Part shown: positions 54,848-64,000 of the stretch, piece after piece | How positions within the stretch are numbered: position 1 is the stretch's first letter | How the letters are laid out: the number at the start of each line of letters is the position of its first letter | Assembly (NCBI RefSeq): GCF_006345805.1 | Contig: NC_042998.1 | Span: forward strand, 157,914,001 to 157,978,000 | Direction: 5' to 3' | From: Octopus sinensis | Taxonomy: Eukaryota | DNA length: 64,000 nt | Position numbers and translations under genes: made by a program | Notes under the pieces: generated by a model | What the model was told of the DNA's origin: nothing | Seen by the model: only the letters and a program-made list of their open reading frames with translations | The model's database searches: none

Positions 54848-57447
54848 CTCTCTACCTCTGGATCTCTCTCCACCTCCCTCTCTCCATCTGTCTCTCTCTC
54901 CCTCTCTCTTACCTTTTCCCATTGACTATTATTATCTTTCTGTTTTACTTCTTAATCGCTCCTGATTATCTTTTCTATACACTTTCACTATTCCCTTCCT
55001 CTTTATTTGTGGCGGTTATTGTTGACATTGCAGATATATATATATATATATATATAATATATATATTATATATATATATATATATGTATGTATGCATGTA
55101 TGTATGTGTGTGTCTGTGTGTGTATGTATTTATGTGCGTCTGTTCACGTACGTATGTATATGCACATACGTAAATACATACATATATACATACACAGCTT
55201 AAAGTTCCTTATTAAATCTGTTAATCCGATATACGGCAGTCGATACATCTTAGTATACAAGAGCAGATAATAGTAGTCAGCCTATTCAACAATATGTAAT
55301 ATTGTTCTAAACTGAATCTTTCAGATGAGAAGCTTGTATTTTACTTTTTTGGTCTTGTGTTTAAAAAAAACGTTGCTACTGTTGAAATCTCTAACCAGTG
55401 GCGTGTTACGTCCAAATATGGCATCGGATTCACGCAATCATCTCTAGTTTGGGAGACACTGATGTATTAAGTAACGCCTAAAAACCTAAAAAGTTGGGGG
55501 ACCTAATTTGTACTTTACATTTTGACATCTTGTGGGTTTGATACATAAGGTGCTGGTTTCAGAATTGACATTAGTATCAACCGAGAAGCTGTAATTAATT
55601 AATAATCTGCAATTTCCACGATAAAACAATATAAATGTTCACAGTTTATTATTTATGCATGTAATATTATATTGGTGCTATTTTTATATTATCATTAATA
55701 TGTGGTTGCAGTGAAACTGCTGCATTTTCTAAATCCGTTTGTTTCAGCTCAAAAGTTTAAATAGAATGTATTGAACAGAAGGTGGTGGTGAGAAGAATAC
55801 ATACGTACATATCTATATAATATGAACATATGTCTATATGTATGTTCGTGTGTGTGTGTGTGGTGTGTGTGTGTGTGTGTGTGTGTGTGTTTATTAAGTA
55901 GAACAATATATAAAGATAGGTGATATGATGGCTTTTGTATTTTTTGAAGAAGATCCAAATGGCTGCAGAGAAATTGAATTAAAAATATCAGTTATATTTG
56001 AAATAAAAATAGTTGTGTTTAATGCGTAATAATGATGACGGTTAAATCATGTGAATGTTGAGTTAATTTATTTATGAGTCGCCCACATGTTCTTTTCTCT
56101 GCATTAGTCATCCGAAGACTGACAAAATGGAAGTGAAGAAGTTTTGTTAGCATATATTGATTTCTCTCCAAGCAATATGGTTTATACTATTGTTGTTATT
56201 TAGTCCCAGTTAAAGCAGGATCTATCGCCGCTGAAGTATGATGAAAGACGTTCCAACCGCGAAGATTCCTTCCTTTTCCAAACAATGTTTCTAGAACGAG
56301 ATTATCTAGTTTTGTTTGTTTGTGTGTGTGTGTGTGTTTTTTTTTTTTTTCAATATAAGCGGGAGTTACTTGAAAAGGTTCTTTTGATGTTTAAGCAATA
56401 TAAGGTTCATATCTGCAAAATTTGAACTCAGATTTAGAAGTTATTACATATTCACTCAGTCTTTCTTTACTGAGGCCTGAAAAATGTTTCATTCTCGCAT
56501 CTAAAACGTTTTCTTCAATTATCATAATTTAGCGTGGTGATATAGTAGTTTATGGCCGACTATAATCATTACTAATATTTATGATTATGACAACAGAGAG
56601 GGGAAATGCCAGGTCCTTTCTTTTGAGGTTTAATCTCAGAACTTGAAAGTACGCAACTAAATATTTATGGTATTTACCGAGTCTCTCACTTTACCACTTC
56701 CTAAAATCTCAAATTAACTCGCGATCAATACGATCTCGAAACTTCAGATGTTTCCTACATTATGTTATGCAAACCTTAAATTCTATATAAAGCTTAGATG
56801 TATGAGAATGAATACTAGTTTCTGAATGTTACTTGATTACTAATTCTTACACTATTCATATATTGAGTCTATATTTATTTTGTTCAAACCAACAAATATT
56901 CTCAATTTTTATATGCACAAAAACGTCTGTCACGTTGTCATGTATACTCTCCGTATAGACAGATAAATGAGATTACAAACCCGTAAAGAATCCTTTAATA
57001 AAATATTAACATTTAGTGAGTAGTAACTTGACATTAACATTGGCAGTATGAATATGTTCGAATTTAAAAGAATAATATACAACGTTATCGTTTTCGTTAT
57101 GGAATTATGCACGAGGATAGCAGATAAGGAAGGTTGTGAGAGACGATCCAGATGACTAACCGGAATCAACATTGCATACCATTAGAAGACAAACATATTT
57201 GATGTTAAAGCCTGTTACAAGCTTGGGTTATTATATCAACATGGCTATGATTATTATTCATTTGGAGATGGCTCTGTTAAAAAGGTTATAATTAATATCG
57301 GGAATATTGAATAAAACTAACAGTTGTATCTGGTCAACAAAAAATTGACTGGACCACATAAAAACACATTCAAATAAAGAAGAGATAAATGGCAACCAAT
57401 AAGCAGAGATACCAAGTGAAGAAAACGAGATGTTATCTATCTATTTA

Positions 57448-57510
<63 letters not shown>

Positions 57511-57544
57511 ATATATATATTTACACACACACACACACACACAC

Positions 57545-57596
<52 letters not shown>

Positions 57597-58129
57597 GCGC
57601 GTGTGGATGAGTACGTGTGTGCGAGTAAATGCGTATATAGACGTGTGTGTGCATGCATGCGAATATGTGCGTATATCGATCGACGTGTTTTACTCTTATT
57701 GCTTGTTTTTTTACACTTCTTTTACACATTTTTCTGTATTTTGCGTATAACACTGTTTTCTCTTGTGCCTGTGCGTATATAGACGTGTGTATGAATCTTT
57801 TCTGTGCGCGTGTCTGTGTGTGTGTGCGAGCGTGTATGCGGGTATGTATATAGTTTTTGGCGAATGTATGGGTGATCATGTGTGTGTTTCAAGTGAGGGT
57901 GGATGAGTATTTACATATAGGCGCATGTACGTGGTTGTGCGGGCGCGCATGTGTATGTATGGACATGCGCGCTTACGCGATTATTATGAACATTTTTACT
58001 CCCTTAACTTTACTCCCTCCCCTTACTTTGCGATCATTCTAAAAGCTCTTTTGTCTTAATAACGGTCATTTACACAGTAATTTCCCTTTGTTTTAACGGT
58101 CATTTTCATATTATCTTTTTCGATGGCTC

Positions 58130-58190
58130 GATAACTGAAGAGATGCTGGTGTGGGCTTTCGCCCCGACATTCGAAACTCGGAGTTTTATC
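58130..58190 (+). ncRNA. Type I hammerhead ribozyme with GC-rich stem II extension
   Basis: gataa CTGAAGA gatg-[ctggtgt gggc-tttc-gccc cga]-cattc GAAA ctc-g-gag TT ttatc. The cleavage triplet is GUU. Confidence 0.75.
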
Positions 58191-58288
58191 ATGACTACCG
58201 AATAATTGTCACATATTATATTTACAGATAAATTCCTCTATTTACATAATATCGAGGTCTCTTTCATTCTTTTGTTATCTTGCCATTT

Positions 58289-58402
<114 letters not shown>

Positions 58403-58636
58403 GAGAAAATGCGCTAAGGTGTGTTTACTGATAATCACAATTAGCAGTTGAAATATGTTTGTCACATATTTCAACTGCTAAAGGCAAATACGTTGCAGTT
58501 AGCGTGGAGAAAAATTCTCTCTTTCGGTAAAAAGGTAACTGCAGTGTATTTGCAGTGCATTTGCAGTGTAACTCTTGTGTATTTTCCTTTCGCTGTTGAA
58601 ATATGTGACAAACCTATTTCAACTAACCTAAATTGT

Positions 58637-58672
<36 letters not shown>

Positions 58673-58773
58673 GGGTGGGGTGCGTGTGTGTGTGTGTCTG
58701 TGTGTCTGTGTTTATATACATAAGAAGACATTTACAGATGAAATATTTTCCCAATAATACCTGGAAGCAGGAA

Positions 58774-59140
58774 GGTGGCGCGCTGGCAGAAACGTTACTG
58801 CGGCGGGCGAAATGCTTAGTGGTATTTTGCCTGCCGCTACGTTCTGAGTTCAAATCCCGCCGAGGTCGACTTTGCCTTTCATCCTTTCGGGGTCGATTTA
58901 AATAAATACCAGTTACGCACTGGGGTCGATGTAGTCGACTTAACCCGTCCGTCTGTCCTTGTTTGTTCTCTCTGTGTTTAGCCCCTTGTGGGTAGTAAAG
59001 AAATAGGTATTTCGTGTCTTTATATTCTGAGTTCAATTTCCGCCGAAGTGGACTTTGTCTTTCATCCTCCCGGAGCCGATAAATTAAGTACCAGTTACGT
59101 ACTGGGATCGATCTAATCGACTGGCCCCTTCTATCCAAAA
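58774..59140 (+). mobile_element. SINE family B, full copy plus tandem partial second copy
   Basis: ggcgcgctggcagaaacgtta...ctgagttcaaatcccgccgaggtcgactttgcctttcatcc. The block restarts at ~59005. Confidence 0.8.
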
Positions 59141-59928
59141 ACATAAACCGAGGATCCAGTTTCAATTTTTCGCCAGACGTTGCTTTCAGTCACGTGGTTA
59201 GGCAACTCATAAAAGTATGAACATTAGAACAACCCATTATTTGTCGTATTTAATTGGAGATACCATGTCTACATAAATAATCCTTAATAGCAGCACGTCT
59301 TACATTTTCCTACCTGCTTTCCGTGTTGTTTCTTTTTCCTCCTTTCTGAAAATTATGTGTTGATAAAGATAACTGCAAAATTATATCACTCATATGTAAA
59401 AGTCTTTCTACGGTTTTTATTTTATGTCTCTTTATTAAATTATGGAATATATAAACGTTCACATTATTGGTGAAGAATCAATAAAATTTGTAATTTATAT
59501 TTTTCCTGACAATATTAGTTATATCTGGTACGAATACTAAGATGAGAAAATAGATACATAATGTCTTAGTCCATTTGCAATATCTGGTCTATGTGTTGCT
59601 TAGTTCGATATTATTACTATACAAGAGAGTTTTTTTCCAACATTTAACTGCTAGGAACCGGAGGGGAGAATGTAATTATTATATTGTCAAAACCAGCAAA
59701 AATCGATCAAGTCTTCTACATAAAATAATGCTGTCTTCGTGAGTGACGTATTAGAATAATCTGTAGTATGTCGAACTTATGCTCTACTGCACAATCTGCG
59801 TTACAAAATAACAATAGCTTTAAAAATTTCAAATTTAAAGTCTTGTTATTTTTAATGCTTTAAAATTTATTCATATAAGCTATATAAGAAAATTTATGTT
59901 AAAACTCCGCAACACGCAGAAACAAATA

Positions 59929-60026
59929 TGTGTGGCTTCCCAAACCAACGGTTCCGGGTTCAGTCCTACTGCATGGTACTTTGCTCGAGAGTCTTTACAA
60001 TAGCCTCCGGCCGACCAAAATCTTGT
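59929..60026 (+). mobile_element. SINE family A fragment
   Basis: ggttccgggttcagtcctactgcatggtac...tagcctccggccgaccaaaatcttgtg. Confidence 0.65.
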
Positions 60027-60135
60027 GCATAAAAAATCTGAATTTAAAGAATATTTGCAGTTGTATCCCTTTTTTAATTATAAAGGTAAATATAATTACT
60101 TCTAATTATAGAAGCGTTGCCTGGAAAAAAGTGCG

Positions 60136-61010
60136 CTAAAATGAAAAAATGAGGGCGCAAAATCCTACAGTATTTTAACTATAGAACCTGGAAATGTAAA
60201 CAACAGGCACTAATTAAACCTGGAAAAGTACAGGACAAGAAGAAAAAGAAATTTTGCTACAAAAATTAGTATTTTGTAAATAAATTTCTGAAATTGTTCA
60301 TCAAATAGCGTGGACACTGTTTTGCTTTTTATATTATTTTGCTTTTTATTACAATGTTTTTTAAATATAAGTTAATAATCTTGATTTAAGAATTTCTTCC
60401 TATTAAGCTAAAACATTTATCTTAGTATTATAATTTTTTTATTTTCTTTACGTAATAAAACTCATTATCCAGATATTTTAAATCACAGATATGTTATAAA
60501 ATTAAACTCATGTAGAATATATCTAATTCAAAAAAGTAAAAAAGTTTAAAAAATTGAGGAAACAAAAGAATTAATATCTTTAAATTTTTCATAAGTTAGC
60601 AAATATTTTCTATTTACAGTAAGAAAAATATTTTTTTCAAAACGAAGGCTAATGAATAAATTGAGTGCAAAATGTAGAAATATCTCTAGCTTTAAAAAAA
60701 ATATAACGGGTTATAATTCTCAATTTTGCTTAAATTGCAATTATATGATTTTTAAAATATATAAATTTGTAATGGTAAATTTTTATGTGTAAATTTGCAA
60801 GGAATTAATCTTTTCACTTAAATTGAAAATAGCTTCTTTAGTATTTTTATTTAAATTTATAGGTAAAACTAAAAAGTGTAAAAGGACATTTACTACTATT
60901 TTGGCTTTTAAATTGTAACTTCAGCCGCAGAATTTCTTCTTGTCCTGTATTTTTCCAGCTTCAATACTTAATGATATTGTAGGATTCTGCGCTCGCACTT
61001 TTCATTCTAG
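60136..61010. mobile_element. Old non-autonomous DNA element (MITE-like) with degenerate long TIRs
   Basis: Left end ctaaaatgaaaa..gagggcgcaaaatcctaca...ctggaaaagtacaggacaagaagaaa; right end ttcttcttgtcctgtatttttccag...tgtaggattctgcgctcgcacttttcattctag. Confidence 0.55.
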
Positions 61011-61083
61011 TATATAAGTATGTGTGTGGGTATATGTGCGTGTGTATGTGAGTGTATGTGTATACATACACACACACACACAC

Positions 61084-61116
<33 letters not shown>

Positions 61117-61120
<4 letters not shown>

Positions 61121-61620
61121 GTGGAAATTTACAGAAAGGCAAAAAACAGGTGCATGAACAACAAGCAGGTGTATTAGATGCACGAGAAAGTATTTTATGT
61201 CTCGAGCATACGCTCTTGAACAGAAAGAAAATATGAGAAAATTAACAGAGAGAATAAAAAAATAACTTTTGGATTTACTGGCTGGAAAAAAGGTTTGACA
61301 AGGGTGGTAGAAAGAAGAGGCGTTAATAAAGTGTTAGCGATCCCAAAACGATGGTGCGCATGCGTGTTTATACGAGAAAGTGTGTGTGTGTGTGGATATG
61401 GGCTAGTGTCTTTGATGTATGTAGATGTGTGCATGTGTTAGTGTGTGTGTCTCGAATGTGTGGATAATGGTGTGTGGGTGTGCAGATGATGCCGTGTGGT
61501 ATGGGTGCTGGGTAGTTGCCAATGCTAGTGTGTGTAGATTGGTGTGGGGTATGGGGATGTGGTGTAGGGGTGTGGGTATATATATATGTGTATGTGTGTA
61601 CAGAGAATGTTATTAGTTTG
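61117..61620 (-). mobile_element. Degenerate PLE pseudo-LTR family C plus GT-rich 3' region
   Basis: Homology to the 18310 and 48660 copies. The HHR is decayed (ctgttca, GAGA). Confidence 0.6.
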
Positions 61621-61759
61621 CGAAGACAATCCTAGCGCATATTTGATATAATCGATTTGAGGGTACTTTTCCAATACTTACAGTAAAATAAGCACTGATT
61701 TTTACCTTCTAATATATTTTTCATTCTTTGTAGATTACTTTGTGCCATAGTGGTTCAAT

Positions 61760-62680
61760 TCGTATCGATTTTACTCTAAAGGTTTAGTTCAGACACTTCA
61801 TGCTATATGAATCCGAAAGGGGCTTTTCAGCAATGGAAGTGGCAAGAAACAAACGTTCTGTCTATGGACCTGAAGTTTTACGTGACCGAACAATAACGAT
61901 GGTTCTGTTGATCTGGATCACCAAGTTTGGTCAATATTGAGCTTCTGTAAACCGTAGTTAAGGAAGATCCAAAGCAAACTGCACAAAATTACCAGATCAG
62001 TTAAATGCAAGCCACACTTCAATCATAAAACTCATTTATGAATCTGGAAGCGGGTCTAAACTTGATCAGCGGATCCTTCAAAATTCGACCGCTTCTCAGC
62101 TTAATCAAAGAATCGTCCCCTACATGTGATTGATGAGTAGACGGTCGACTAAGCTTTTCCGAGGTAGAATCGTCACAAGTTATGAAGTGGGTTCTCTATA
62201 ACCATATTCAATAGAAACGACAATGATAAGAATCAAATGAGAAAGGATAGACCATCCTTAAATCAAACCTAAATTCGAGAAAAGTTATGCTGTGTTTGGT
62301 TGAACATGAAGAGTATCGCTTGTGATGAAATGTTAAACCCCAACGATGCTGTTAATACGCAGGCATATTGTCAATTGGCATAAAAAAGTTGCCGAATAAA
62401 GTTGCTTGGCATAAAAAGTTGCCGAATAAACGTCCATCATTGGTCAGACAAAAAAGGTTGTTACTCTCGGACGATAATGCAAGTCCAAATCATTCAAGAA
62501 ATATTTTCAGATAATTGCAGCATTCTTTAGAACGAAAACAGTTTGTTAATTGTGAGGAGGCAAAAAATTATTCCAAGCGTTCCTTTACTTCGAAACCTCA
62601 AGCATCCAATGCTCTAGAGATCGAATATTTGCAAACTAGACGGAATTATAACAGAAAAGTATCTTGACTAAATGTGTAAA
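61760..62680 (+). pseudogene. Highly decayed mariner transposase
   Basis: RHFMLYESERGFSAMEVARNKRSVYG, RIVTSYE and LLSDDNASPN in shifting frames, plus an internal ~26-bp tandem duplication. Confidence 0.65.
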
Positions 62681-63011
62681 TTAAGATGAAAAAAGTATAT
62701 GTTTCTTTCCCATGTTGAAATGTGACAGGACTTTTTTTCCAAACCTAGTATGATATACACTTGCATGGGCGCGCTATAGAGATACAAGTAATAACTGTGT
62801 AAGTGTGTGTTTATACACAACACGGACGCACACTCACGCACAAACACATATATATTTCTATGAACTGCCATGTCATATATATATATATATATATTAGTTC
62901 ATTTCACTTCATGATATTAGTTTAAATATGAAAATTAGGTACATACATATTTTGTTCCTTGCTAATAACTTCTGCTCAAAGAAATACTTTCCATTTCATT
63001 TACATATTAAT

Positions 63012-63230
63012 TTCTTCTTCTTCTTCTTCTTCTTCTTCTTCTTCTTCTCTTCTTCTTCTTCTTCTTCTTCTTCTTCTTCTTCTTCTCTTCTTCTTCTTCC
63101 TCGTCGTCGGAGTCGTCATAATTTTTTTTCTTTTCTTACACCTCTTGCTCCTTATCCTCTGCACCTCCCCATCCTCCTCCTCCTCCTCTTCTTCTTCTTC
63201 ATGTTGTTCATCATCATCATCATCATGATC
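63012..63230. repeat. (TCT)n/(TCC)n/(TCA)n microsatellite
   Basis: Directly visible. Confidence 0.95.
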
Positions 63231-63524
63231 TTTTTCGGAAGGAATCAAGAGAAATTGTTATTATCGTCTGCAAAATTGAGAATATGAATCTGTCAGACTT
63301 AATAATTGTTGTCTTCGAAAGATTAAGTGAAAAATTGTTTATAATTATAAATATTATTTATTTCTTCAGTTAAAAATAAACTTTAATAAATGTTGGTTTT
63401 GCATTCAGTTCGAGCGATACCAATTAGAAATCGAGTAAGGTAAATTGATTCAAGCAATTGACGTTTTGCAAATATGTTATTAAAGTTATTTGTAACTTCA
63501 AATAAACTTACCGTTGTTATATAC

Positions 63525-63727
63525 TGGTTTCAAATTTTGGCACAAGGCCAGTTTGAAGTAGGAGATAAGTTGATTGCATCTACTCCAGTGCTCAACTGCT
63601 ACTTATTTTATCGACCTCGAACGGATAAAATGCAAAGTTGACCTAGGCAGAATTTGAATTCAGCATGTAAAGACGGACACTTTGCTAAGGATTTTCCCTG
63701 GTGTGGTAACGATACTGCCAGCTCGCC
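63525..63727 (-). mobile_element. SINE family B copy
   Basis: ccagtgctcaactgctacttattttatcgacc...cagaatttgaattcag...ctgccagctcgcc is the reverse complement of the 58774 family. Confidence 0.75.
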
Positions 63728-63804
63728 GTAAACCGTGGTTATATATTGAAAACAATTCATAAGAATACATAGTATTAGTAGGTTATTTGGTAAATTATTT
63801 GAAA

Positions 63805-64000
63805 CTAGCAGTATAACCCGGCCTTGCCCGTGATTAAGTTACGATTATTAAGCTAATCAAATTCTTTATTTCAAACCAAACTAAGTAATATCGACTCTCA
63901 GCAAAACACTTTTTTACTCGGCGTAAAATAAAAATAAAACTCTTTCACACCCAAAGTAATGTGAGAGAGAGAGGGGGGAGAAACATGAACGATTTAAAAT
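63805..64000 (-). mobile_element. Helitron 3' terminus (element extends beyond window)
   Basis: Minus strand reads cacgggcaaggccggg (imperfect GC hairpin) ttatactg CTAG|t, the canonical Helitron subterminal hairpin plus CTRR end. Confidence 0.65.

Overview
AT-rich, microsatellite-saturated animal genomic DNA. It is most consistent with a coleoid cephalopod (Octopus-like), judging from the tRNA-derived SINE families and repeat landscape; this is an inference. I can support no intact host protein-coding gene. Nearly all listed ORFs are translations of (TA)n/(CA)n/(TATG)n/(ATCT)n repeats or decayed transposons. The window is a transposon graveyard. It holds Penelope-like elements (PLEs: RT, GIY-YIG and pseudo-LTR pieces), Tc1 and mariner transposons (one full-length mariner with TIRs and TA TSD), R4/Dong-like, RTE-like and CR1/Jockey-like LINE remnants, several SINE families and a Helitron end. 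The most notable signal is a dense set of type I hammerhead ribozyme (HHR) motifs, read by eye, from about 7 unrelated sequence families. They include recurrent non-canonical cores (U4C, A6U) and long stem-II insertions. Most sit in non-coding, fold-back (palindromic) PLE-derived elements embedded in (TA)n tracts. The largest is a 6.5-kb nested palindrome (21.9-28.3 kb) built from a microsatellite-bodied, HHR-carrying element that recurs at 53-54 kb. Some duplications may be assembly artefacts; there is a 100-N gap at 35858-35957.
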